The notes under the pieces were generated by a model, which was not told where the DNA came from, did not search any database, and saw only the letters and a program-made list of their open reading frames with translations. Below, piece by piece: positions 37,422 through 47,602 of a stretch of 47,602 nucleotides of DNA. Both the position numbers and the translations under genes were made by a program. Source of the DNA: Octopus bimaculoides. Lineage: Eukaryota. The stretch is from assembly GCF_001194135.2 (NCBI RefSeq), contig NC_068988.1:56248310-56295911 (forward strand). Direction: 5' to 3'. Positions within the stretch are counted from its first letter, which is position 1; each line of letters opens with the position of its first letter.

Positions 37422-37812
37422 ATTCTTTTGTTTCAGTCATTTGACTGCGGCCATGCTGGAGGACCGCCTTGAACGGTTTTAGTGGAAGAAATCGATCCCA
37501 AAACTTATTCATTGCAGGCCCAGTACTTATTCTATCGATCTGTTTTGATGATCCACTAGGCTACAGGGACATAAACACAACATCGGTTGTCAAGCAATGG
37601 TGGGGGAACATATAAAGACACACACACATAAATATATATGTATATATACATATATACGACAGGCTTCTTTCAGTTTCCGTCTACCAAATTCACTCACAAG
37701 GCCTTGGTCAACCCGAAGCTACAGTTGAAGACACTTGCCCAAGGTGTCACGTAGTGGGACTGAACCCGGAACCATGTGGTTGGTAAGCAAGCTTCTTACC
37801 ACACAGCCACGC
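37422..37812 (-). mobile_element. SINE family A, full length
   Basis: From the 3' end ttcttttgtttcagtcatttgactgcggccatgctgga to the head ttaccacacagccac. Confidence 0.9.
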
Positions 37813-37814
37813 CG

Positions 37815-38060
37815 GCATATATCCTGTCTTAGAAAGAACTTTTTCTCCACCCTTTCCCTTCCGGTCATTCCACAATGTAACCTCGTGGATATCGTTGGCG
37901 ATTTTTTCTTCCTCCGTCTTCCCTTCTTTGGACTTTCCTATGTTTCCGACGAAGAGCTCCGCTCGAAACGTCAAATTCTCTTTCTTTCCCTTCCCGAGCG
38001 TCCAGTAACACAATCTGTATCACGTCCTCGCGTTGTTGTTTTTTTTTGTCGTTTTCTTTT
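37815..38060 (+). mobile_element. Penelope-like LTR (pLTR)-type segment
   Basis: Pyrimidine-rich segment that carries a minimal hammerhead-like motif. PLE LTRs are the established carriers of such minimal hammerheads. The class assignment is an inference. Confidence 0.5.
37942..37976 (+). ncRNA. Minimal type-I hammerhead ribozyme-like motif (variant core)
   Basis: gttt|CCGACGA-a|gagc-tcc-gctc|GAA-ACGT-C|aaat: stem I gttt/aaat, stem II gagc/gctc, palindromic ACGT stem III, UC cleavage site at 37971-37972. It deviates at U4 (C) and has an extra A after A9. Confidence 0.55.
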
Positions 38061-38065
38061 TTGAA

Positions 38066-38118
<53 letters not shown>

Positions 38119-38139
38119 TGATTGATTTTCAGTTCCTTC

Positions 38140-38290
38140 AGTTCGCATCACTGTGTATTGTTACTCTTGGCCTATTCAAATTTATTGAATACTTTCGTAG
38201 CCCTTTTTCACGGAAATGCATTGTTGATGAATTTTATCCTTCACGTATCCATAGACCATGCAAGGTCCAGGGCGTCTTTGTTTACTATTA
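38140..38290 (-). mobile_element. Probable Tc1/mariner transposase C-terminal remnant
   Basis: Minus strand acgccctggacc...ctatggatacgtgaaggataaa reconstructs, with indels, to TPLD..LWGYVKDK, similar to the SPDLxPLDFFLWGYxKxxVY motif. Confidence 0.4.
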
Positions 38291-38812
38291 ATCACACTTA
38301 ATTTCGCGTTTCACGTTTGACTGTATATAATGTCAGATTGTCTTCGCCTGTATTAAGATCATAAGACGTATGCCACTACCCCATTTTACTCTATATTAGT
38401 TTTACATTTTTATAAATCGCTGCTTATATTAAGAAGTCATCAGTTGTTTCTTGATAGTAACCCAATTACTATTATATATGTAATGTATTTGGACATGTGT
38501 ATGTCCGAATTTATTAGTATATTATATTAGATTTAACCATACTCTATCAATATTATTCAATAAACGAAAGTCTAGTACGTAAGAGATTGTTGCTTAATCC
38601 ATGTTAAGCCATCAGCACACCAACTGTACATCTACAGAACACTTGCTGCTGATGGAGACAATAACAAACAATAATTGCACAGCGAAGCATCTCTACACCA
38701 TTAGCTGCAAGGTTGACTGAACAAGGCTTTCTCATTCAGTCACTTTTTTTCGATTTCTAGAAATAACTGTTTCAGGTCTCTTTCAAATCACATATTAATA
38801 TAAGAATATATT

Positions 38813-39033
38813 ACGGCGACGAGCTGGTAGAATTGTAAAAAACATGCCGACCAAAACATTTGGCGGCATTTCGTCTGTCTTTACATTTTGGGTTCAAATT
38901 CCGCTCAGGTCGACTTTGCTTTTTTCATCATTTTGAGACCGATAAAATAAGTACCAGTTGAACTCTGGGGTCGATATAATCGACTTACCCCATCCCAGAA
39001 AATTACTGGCCTGGGGCCAAAATTTGAAACTAA
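38813..39033 (+). mobile_element. SINE family B1
   Basis: ggcgacgagctggtagaa head, gggttcaaattcc B box, ggggtcgatataatcgac core and aatttgaaac tail. Confidence 0.85.
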
Positions 39034-39219
39034 TATAGGAATACATTATATAATGCAGAGAGACTTGTACAAAAAACCGGATGGTCATAACTGGAACAAT
39101 TTAAGCCATATCTACTGAAATAGAGCTTATCTGAGTAGAGATAAACCCATTGTCTGTCCAAAGCATTTTTATAAGTTTGTCTTGAACGTCCATGCTTTAT
39201 TTATTTATTTATTTATTTG

Positions 39220-39605
39220 TGGAGGCGCAGTGGCCCAGTGGTTAGGGCAGTGGACTCGAGGTCATAGGATCGCGGTTTCGATTCCCAGACCGGGCTTTGT
39301 GAGTGTTTATTGAGCGAAAACACCTAAAGTTCCACGAGGCTCTGGCAGGGGATGGTGGCGAACCCTGCTGTACTCTTTCACCACAACTTTCTCTCACTCT
39401 TACTTCCTGTTTCTGTTGTGCCTATAATTCAAAGGATCAGCCTTGTCACACTGTGTCACGCTGAATATCTCCGAGAACTACGTTAAGGGTACACGTGTCT
39501 GGGGAGTGCTCAGCCACTTGCACGCTAATTTCACGAGCAGGCTGTTCCATTGATCGGATCAACTGGAACCCTCGACGTCGTAAGCGACGGAATGCCAACA
39601 ACAAC
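39220..39605 (+). mobile_element. SINE family C1, full length with TSD
   Basis: A box tggcccagtggttaggg, B box ggtttcgattccc, (CAA)n end. The 9-bp direct repeat atttatttg lies at 39211-39219 and 39606-39614. Confidence 0.92.
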
Positions 39606-39611
39606 ATTTAT

Positions 39612-39705
39612 TTGGGCAAGTGTATTCTACTATAGCCTTGAGCCGACCAAAGCCTTGTGAGTGGATTTGGTAGACGGAAACTGAAAGAAGCCTGTCGTAT
39701 ATATG

Positions 39706-39736
<31 letters not shown>

Positions 39737-39885
39737 ATATGTTTGTGTGTCTGTGTTTGTCTCTCCAACATCGCTTGACAACCGATGGTGGTGTGTTTAC
39801 GTTCCCGTAACCTAGCGGTTCGGCAAAAGAGACCGATAGAATAAGTACTAGGCTTACAAAGAATAAGTCCTGGGGTCGATTTACT
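39612..39885 (+). mobile_element. SINE family A, truncated at both ends
   Basis: From ttgggcaagtgt to aataagtcctggggtcgat. Confidence 0.88.
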
Positions 39886-40199
39886 CTGGTCTTTGAAAAA
39901 TAATTGGGAATGTGTATCAAATATAAAGCAAAGAAATAAGTCCTGCGTATCACATTTGATACGAACGACCTTAGAAACGTGGCAGGAATTTGAAGGGTAA
40001 CATACTTACAAAGACACTAATTCCACCCACTATACACACACAGACCCACAAATATACAACACGTGTGTGTATGTGTGTGCGTGCGAACCTGTTGTGTACG
40101 TATTTTCTCCAGCCATCTGTCTATCTATCTCACTATGTAATCTGTTGGTCTGATTTTCTTACTCTTTGTGTATTTACATATTGAACTAGTCTACGTATC

Positions 40200-40244
40200 T
40201 GTCTGTAAATATGTGTATGCGTCTCTCTCACTCTCTCCTCCCCA

Positions 40245-40283
<39 letters not shown>

Positions 40284-40305
40284 CATCAATCAAACTATCT
40301 ATCTA

Positions 40306-40370
<65 letters not shown>

Positions 40371-40600
40371 CTCTCACTCTCTCTCACTTTCTATCAATCT
40401 AGCTATTTATTATCTATCTATTTATACATTTATTATCTATCTATCTATTTTTCTGTCTCTTTATATATGTGTGTGTACAAACTTATATCTGTGTGTGTGT
40501 GTTTATACATGTATATACACGCACACACACACATATATATGCATGCATAAATATGTATATATGCATGCATATATACACACATATATACATACATATANNN
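40200..40600. repeat. (CT)n/(CTAT)n/(TA)/(CA) microsatellite field
   Basis: Directly visible. Confidence 0.95.
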
Positions 40601-41289
40601 NNNNNNNNNNNNNNNNNNNNNNNNNNNNNNNNNNNNNNNNNNNNNNNNNNNNNNNNNNNNNNNNNNNNNNNNNNNNNNNNNNNNNNNNNNNNNNNNNNNN
40701 NNNNNNNNNNNNNNNNNNNNNNNNNNNNNNNNNNNNNNNNNNNNNNNNNNNNNNNNNNNNNNNNNNNNNNNNNNNNNNNNNNNNNNNNNNNNNNNNNNNN
40801 NNNNNNNNNNNNNNNNNNNNNNNNNNNNNNNNNNNNNNNNNNNNNNNNNNNNNNNNNNNNNNNNNNNNNNNNNNNNNNNNNNNNNNNNNNNNNNNNNNNN
40901 NNNNNNNNNNNNNNNNNNNNNNNNNNNNNNNNNNNNNNNNNNNNNTGTGTGTGTGAGAGTGTGTGTGTGTGTAGGCAGCGAAATCCAACCTACAGCCTAA
41001 AAGTTAGAAGAAGATACCGTAGTGGCATTTCGAAATTATATTTGGGGAGGTGTCTAGAAGGGACACGTTTTCTAAACGTGCGATTAAATATTCATCAGTC
41101 CTCAAAGGGCAACACGTGGAGGATCGGGTGGCGAATGGGCAGCAGCTGGGTGTGTCAGATAACAGGGTGAATTTCTGGTTAATTTAGGGCTAGGAGAGGG
41201 TCGTATTTTCGAAATATGGGTTATTGAGTCAAATTAGTTTGATGTGCGGGAGTTTGGTGACCACAGGAATGTAGGAGATTTTGATGACG

Positions 41290-41321
<32 letters not shown>

Positions 41322-41470
41322 TTCTGAATTTAAATTCCACCGAGGTTGACTTTGCTTTTCATTTTCTCGGGGCTTCGGTAAAATAAGTAGCAGTCAACCA
41401 CTGGGGTCGATGTAATTGAATACACCACCAACAAAGTCTCAGATCATGTGCCCATATTTGGAAAACACAT
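41322..41470 (+). mobile_element. SINE family B, 5'-truncated and degenerate
   Basis: aaattccaccgaggttgactttgc...aaataagta...ctggggtcgatgtaat. Confidence 0.7.
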
Positions 41471-42460
41471 TGTTCTGGTTGTTGACCACTACCTTCGTAT
41501 TTCCCACTTCAAATCGTCATAGTTGTTTATTTTTTCTTCTTTCACACTGATCCTGTTGTCACCGGCGCATACTATATTATGCATGTTCTTTCTTTTTTAT
41601 TCACCGCAACAATGTCTGTTTCCGATGTCTGATCGGGTGTTCGCACTGGATTATTGCATCCCACAGGATTTTGCAATTCTCATTCTCGTTGACTCCTTCT
41701 GGGGGTTTGTTCATACCACGTCTTTGCTTTTTGTAAGCTGTGATTTCCACAGAGTTCCCAATGGATCATTCTTGCTACATTGTCATGGCGTATTTGTATT
41801 CACGTTGTGCCAATTTCGGGCATTCGCTAACGATATGCCATACCGTTTCATTCCCCTCACTACACATTCTGCATTTTTCGCTGTCGGTAGTGTTGTCAAT
41901 ACTTCACTTCACATAGTTGGTCCTTAACGCTTGTTCTTGAGCTGCGATAATAAGTGCTTCTGTCTCTATCTTCAGGTCGCTCCTCCTCATCCATAGCCAC
42001 CGGTCCTCTGTATCCGTCTTGGCGTTCACATCTCTTGCAAACTGGCCGTATATTTTTCCGTCCATGCTTTTTCTTTCTTCTTTTTTTGTTCATATTTTGT
42101 TCAGATTTTTCTCTAGTTACACAATTTTCAGTTTTGATGACTCCGGCCTTCTTGGTACATTTCAACAAAGGCTCCACAGCATTTTTTATATACCACCTTA
42201 AGCTGTTTTCCTCTGCTCCGACACAGTCCTGGCAACTGATCAAACTTCTCTCGCCTTTTCTTCTGGGCAAGCACAGCCTATCGGTGTCAGTCTTAGGGTG
42301 AAAGGCTCCGTGTACTGTTAACATTTTTCTGGTCTTGGTATCCATTTTCATCACTTCTTTCTTTTACCGTGTTATAATTCGCGCTTCATACCGAAATGAT
42401 TCTATCACCTGCGTATTAACTGCTTGGATTTTATTCCATACACTCAGTTTTGAGCGTAAC
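41470..42460 (-). mobile_element. R4/Dong-clade non-LTR retrotransposon fragment (RT thumb, CCHC zinc knuckle, restriction-like endonuclease), disrupted
   Basis: Translation across stops and frameshifts: NKIQAVNT...MDTKTRKMLTVHGAFHPKTDTDRLCLPR...YGQF...DLKIETEALIIAAQEQALRTNY...CRMCSEGNETVWHIVSEC...RHDNVARMIHWELC...KILWD...(P)DIV...KINNYDDLKWEI. This has C-x2-C-x8-H-x4-C, RHD and PD-(D/E)xK-type RLE motifs. Confidence 0.88.
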
Positions 42461-42462
42461 AC

Positions 42463-42467
<5 letters not shown>

Positions 42468-42501
<34 letters not shown>

Positions 42502-42566
42502 TAATAATAATAATAATTATAATAATAATAATAATAATAATTATAATAATAATAATAATAATAATA

Positions 42567-42623
<57 letters not shown>
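42468..42623. repeat. (AAT)n-(ATT)n self-complementary microsatellite
   Basis: Orientation switches at 42567/42568. Confidence 0.95.
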
Positions 42624-42783
42624 GATAACAGTTTCCATATAACAATTCTGTGTATGAACCCGTGGAACCTAGCATCTCGCTTCTGACAAATTCCTATCTC
42701 TTTCTGCAAACCAGTTACTTTTATCTTTCTCTGCTCTCTACTCTCTCTATCAACGCCATCCTCTCTCTCTCTCTCTCGCCCCC

Positions 42784-42814
<31 letters not shown>

Positions 42815-43139
42815 GCCCTCTCTCTTTTATTTCCCTTACTCCCATTGCTAACGTTCTCACACCGTTCTCCCACTATTCCCTTACATTCCTTCTTCCCCAG
42901 CGTCAAACAATCCACCTTTCCCTCCCATTTTCACCTCTCACCTTTTTCGCTCCAACAAATAAGCCCTTTGATATGATATCGAGTTCACTGACACAGCAAG
43001 CATCGCATATTTTCTTAATACAAACACGTGTCTACTGATGTATATACGCGGTTATGTGTGCCAGTTGGCTTGTATCAATACAATATCATTCACATACGCA
43101 TATACGTACATATATACAAACACACATACTTACACACAT

Positions 43140-43153
43140 ACACATACACACAA

Positions 43154-43250
<97 letters not shown>
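43140..43250. repeat. (CA)n microsatellite
   Basis: Directly visible. Confidence 0.95.
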
Positions 43251-43252
<2 letters not shown>

Positions 43253-43277
43253 CTCACACAAAAGTATGTAGCCTAAC

Positions 43278-43415
43278 AATTAGGATGTTCAGCTCACGAT
43301 CACAAAGGTCATGTGTTCGATATCTGGACCGGGCGGTTCCCTGAACAGGGCACTTCCTTTCATATCGCTTTGGTGGATACAGCTGAAAATGAGTACGAGT
43401 TGACTGCTAGTGCAA
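43278..43415 (+). mobile_element. SINE head plus degenerate central domain M (C2/D/E type)
   Basis: ttaggatgttcagctcacgatcac...gtgttcgatatctgg...cagctgaaaatgagt. Confidence 0.55.
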
Positions 43416-44106
43416 CCCACCCCTCCTCTCTCTCTCTCTCTCTCTCTCTTGAAACCTGTCACACCGATGTTCTGCTGGACTCAACCGTGAGAAGGCTGAA
43501 AGGGCATCTGTATCTTCTCACGACGACATAGGCACCTACAACAATTAGCGAAAGCGTGGTACAAGGCGCAAGGCCATAATCGCTTGCAGCTGACTGCTAA
43601 GGTAGTTTTTCTCTTTTACTTATTTCAGTCATCCGACGGCGGCCATGCTAGGTATTTTCGAAATGCAACACAGCAGATGTTGGATCTATTAGCTGCATAA
43701 TTGCCATCCTTGGATCACATCGGTTAAAAATTTTCAGGTCCAACATATATGACCATAAAATTAATAAAAATAATGTTTAAAATATACTTACTAATTTCCA
43801 GAAAGCAGCTAGTAAAAGAAGAAAATGAAAAAAATGATTTGAACAGAGTGGGTTCATAAAGAATTTTAGTCAGATAAAATCATTTGGATTACATACGAGC
43901 TTCACGTGTTCTGTAACATAAAATTTCGATAATAACATGGTCACATCAAAATAACTGGCTTGTAAATAGGTTCGGTGTTGCATTCCCATTCTTTTCAGTC
44001 TTTTAATGAATTCGTTTTCCAAAATTTAAGCAGAATTTTGTCAAAATGTCTGTATGTGATTGCTCATATATATATGTATATATACATACATACGTACATA
44101 CACACA

Positions 44107-44174
<68 letters not shown>

Positions 44175-45469
44175 GTATATACATTTAGATTGGCGAATGT
44201 TTGAATTTATGGACTAGGAAAAGTATTCAATACTTATAACATAGTGTGCATATGTATAAGGAGCTAAATATTCTTTAATTACTAATCGTTTCACACTGCC
44301 AATTATTCAAACAATTGATAATGAAAGCAGCGTCACAAACGATCAAAAGAAAACCCAAACACATCGAAATTCGATGGTCGTGGTTGGTTGATGAAAAATT
44401 GTCTGAAATGCGTCCCTCAGTCGCCTACTCATTTGTTTTAAGTAAGACGTGTGTTTGTGTTATTAACATGCAAAAGCTAGTGATGGCTTTTGATGTCTTC
44501 ATCATATCTATAAAACACACGTTGTCAACGAAAGGTGTGATTGTAAATGTAGTTTAATGCTGATGAATAACTGAGTTTATTTTTACATTTTGACCCTTAT
44601 ATGATCTCGGTCACGTAAAGTATGCCTCTTGGCATAAACGAAGATGTTATTAATCATCGGGGACTAATTTCAATGATTTATCCTATTTAGATGTATTTGC
44701 GAACTCTTCTGCTTATATATTAGCAAAGTTTCTGTACTTCAATTGTTTGAAAAATCGGTGACGTGAAACTCAGTTTCGATTAAATAACCGTCAGCTTTTA
44801 ATGCGTTTGTATGTGTGTGTGTGTGTGTGCTTATGAGCATCATTGTATGTATGTATATATCTATGCCAATATGCATGTTTCTGCGAATATATGTATACAA
44901 AATGGATGCATGTTTGTGTGTCCGAATTTACTCGTGTATGTATGTATGTATTTATGTATGTATGTATGCATGTATGTGTGTATGCATGTATGTATGTATG
45001 TATGTATTATGAATGTATGTATGTATGATCGAGACAAAGTAGGTGTCATCCAGACTAGAGTGTCAAATGCTAACCGATTCCCCAATATAATTCTCTTCCA
45101 TCATTCTCAGTTATTGCTCAATAATTATCTCTGGAACCAAAATCCGTTTCAACAGCGATTTGAAACCGTGTTATCGTGTCTGCCACATCCATATTATCCT
45201 TATTACCATTATAAAGGTCAAATTCTAGGCGTCTTATACATTTATATTGTCTATCTCATTGTAGTGATAGGTATATTCTCTCTATGAACTATTTTAACCT
45301 AAGATTCTTTTTCAACCAAAGTTATGTAGGAAGTTTCAATTGACTTGTTTCTCATGCTTGAAACAGTAGTCAAATCTACCCCGAATCGCACTCAGCGGTC
45401 ATTAACATAGGAAATGCACATTTTATAGTAAAAAAAGAAAAACAGAAAGTAAGTATTGTTTCGACTCCT

Positions 45470-45700
45470 AGGTTTGGTTGCCCGGTTTCCAAGGCATATA
45501 AGCGACTGAGATCCCAACACACTTCCGAAGCCTGGCGCCAATATGAAGCAGTGTTAGTCATTTACATCTGAGTAAACTGAGGCACCATAAAATGGAGTTT
45601 TTGCTCAGGAACACAACACACCGTCCGATCCAGGAATAGCAACCACCATCTTGCGATTATCAATGTGACACCCTATCCACCAGGCCATGTGCCTTGCACA
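45470..45700 (-). mobile_element. SINE family E, degenerate
   Basis: cccggtttccaaggcatataagcgactgag tail and ttgctcaggaacacaac centre. Confidence 0.65.
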
Positions 45701-46698
45701 TTTTATAATACAGTCGTTAAAACTGCTAAAACAACGGGTTAATCATTGCTTGGATGTTTTTGACAGGTAATCAGATATTATCTTGGGTTAAACGACAAAA
45801 GGTAATGTGAATCCTCTTTGCAGCCTCTCAGTATTAGAAATAGTAACCAAATTTCCCTCAAATCACACATTGACATTGTATACATGGAAGAACATAACGT
45901 ATAATGTGGTTTTAGATATTCTACGTCTAAACATAAAATGAGATAGTTATGGGTGGAATGCTTTTGATAACTGTAGGGTTCTCGATAAGGACTGCTTAAT
46001 AACAAAAACAGCAACAAGCAGACGAGAGGAGAGAGCCCAAATGTTTGTGTTCAACATGCTAGAAGCATTAGCCTACTATCTTTAGAAGAGGAAGGAAGAT
46101 TTTAGTTGACAATGTGGTGAAGATCTGTCTTTTAAAAAGAAAGGGTACGTTGTATAAAGTAGTCCGAGATGGACTATATGTGATCAGAAAAAATATGGAA
46201 TAATTTTAACAGCAATAAAAGATTAGAAAAGAAAATTTAAAGAAAAATTGCCTTCCAGAAGTAAAGTTGTATTAGGGTTGGGTCACTGTAGGTTCATCCA
46301 CCTACTGTGCAGCTCTTCGTAGACAGTGTTTCTTGTATTTTATTTTTAAATCTTAAATTTCATTGCACGTGCTTATATTTTATTCAACGCTACTCCATGC
46401 GACTCTAAATAATTCCATCTTGAGTAAGCTTTACACACGCCAGCAAATTTGCTGTTTGCTTTTCTTAAATGTCAGAACGATAGTTCGGATAGGTTTGTCA
46501 ACGGCGACTTCGGCATTCGTGACTGATAACGTGTAACAACGCAGAAACGTATATGAGTCCAACGATCCGAAAACGTCATTTATAACCCAGTGTAGTTTTA
46601 TATGTTGTCTAAGAGGAGAAATTTTCTCTGGGTCTATTTTCGTAGCAAACGGTCTAACCAAATTCGAATGTATACGAGCGTGCATGCATGGGCGAGTG

Positions 46699-46733
<35 letters not shown>

Positions 46734-46762
46734 GTGAGTGAGTGAGTGAGTGNNNNNNNNNN

Positions 46763-46821
<59 letters not shown>

Positions 46822-47014
46822 AACTTTGGAACTTTTAATAGCCCAAGGGTCGATTAGATACAAGTGATTTTGATAAAACTCTGACATTAATTACTCGAAG
46901 TCTTCTCACTTATTTGACAATAACTATTGTAGTCCATAAGTTGAATACAGACACGCAAAGCTTTAGGTGCGTTAAGTCACGAATATATCCCAGTACGTGA
47001 TCGTTCTCAATTTA

Positions 47015-47160
47015 CTCATAAAGCCTGCAATGTGGAGTGGAGAAGGTGTTTAATCGATTACATCGAATTCAATACTTGACTGGTATTTTATTTTATCGAA
47101 CTCTAAATAATTAAAGGCAAACTTGACCACGGTTGGATTCGAACTCAAATGTATAAGTTC
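47015..47160 (-). mobile_element. SINE family B, degenerate
   Basis: atcgattacatcga...ctggtattt...aaaggcaaacttgacc...ttcgaactca. Confidence 0.6.
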
Positions 47161-47289
47161 GTAATAAACACTGATTATATTAATCGTGAGCGACACATCT
47201 GTTTTTCCTTTTGAGCAACACCGAAAAAGAAATGCAATGGTTATCAAGGTACCTAAGTACCTTCGTCTACGATAAATTAAGTACCCTAT

Positions 47290-47602
47290 GTAGGTGGTGC
47301 GCTGGCGCTGGCACTGGCGGCAGCAGTGGTTGTGGGCGGCGGCAGGATGGTAGGTGATGAAGATGATGAGTGTGATGAGGACGATGATGGTAGTGGTGGG
47401 GAGGTGGAAGTGACGGTGACGAGTGACGGTGGTGGTGATGATGATGATGAGGAGGAGGAGGAAGTGGATAGTGGTGGGAGTGAATGTCACGATGATGATG
47501 ATAAGGATGATGATGATGAGGAGGAGGAGGAGGAGGAGGGGGAGGAAGTGGATAGTGGTGGGAGTGAATGTCACGATGCTGCTGCTGCTGATGATGATGG
47601 TG
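47290..47602. repeat. Degenerate (GAT/GGT/GAG)n tract with an internal direct repeat
   Basis: ggaagtggatagtggtgggagtgaatgtcacgatg occurs twice (about 47460 and 47545). Confidence 0.85.

Noticed and set aside
37425-37440. Strong acceptor ttcttttgtttcAG (also at about 43620)
   Set aside because: It is simply the reverse-complement 3' end of SINE-A; there is no evidence of exonisation.
38046-38291. Plus-strand ORF with an apparent TM segment and acceptor
   Set aside because: Better explained as the antisense of a mariner-like remnant plus (TA)n; T-rich DNA leaves two frames open.
2280-40988. Long ORFs in the track (e.g. 17813-19117, 28704-29972, 32132-33382, 33636-34630)
   Set aside because: They consist mostly of X from N gaps plus microsatellite-encoded YI/CV/HT runs; these are artefacts.
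41075-41100. Second hammerhead candidate (minus-strand ctgatga...gaaa)
   Set aside because: There is no pairing for stem II or stem I.
40990-41110. Possible Penelope GIY-YIG remnant (LYLGRCL...LNVRLNIH)
   Set aside because: Only a loose resemblance to YIGxTxRxLxxRxxEH, requiring an insertion; too weak to call.
2248-43415. tRNA genes
   Set aside because: All A/B-box-bearing segments continue into multi-copy SINE bodies, and I could not fold a complete cloverleaf. They are SINE heads.
10970-45801. A multi-exon plus-strand gene chained from candidate exons (10970, 12545, 14084, 24151, 27407, 27729, 36070, 36511, 36978, 45767)
   Set aside because: Phase-compatible chains can be built in several ways, the products are unrecognisable, and some sites are weak. 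I cannot support a gene model.

Overview
This is a eukaryotic, AT-rich, repeat-dominated window. About 6.5 kb (~14%) is N gaps, and nearly every gap sits in a microsatellite. The SINE families and the (TA/CA/CATA/TAA/GAT)n load suggest a coleoid cephalopod, probably Octopus (inference, not a database hit). I cannot confidently identify any host protein-coding gene. The long ORFs in the track are N-gap or microsatellite artefacts, except one retrotransposon fragment. What is supported: (i) more than 30 copies or fragments of tRNA-derived SINEs, labelled A-E here, several with clear target-site duplications (TSDs); (ii) decayed LINE fragments: an R4/Dong-clade piece with a CCHC knuckle and restriction-like endonuclease (41470-42460, -), an RTE 3' end and a CR1/Jockey-group RT; (iii) a hAT-Charlie-type MITE and a probable Tc1/mariner remnant; (iv) a ~390-bp near-perfect foldback (11728-12119); and (v) a minimal type-I hammerhead-ribozyme-like motif in a Penelope-LTR-like segment (37942-37976). 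The best leads are the hammerhead-like motif, the foldback hairpin, modular head/centre/tail swapping among the SINEs, and tandem or inverted SINE arrangements. A few low-confidence exon and promoter candidates are listed as findings only. I found no evidence for a novel multi-gene system.
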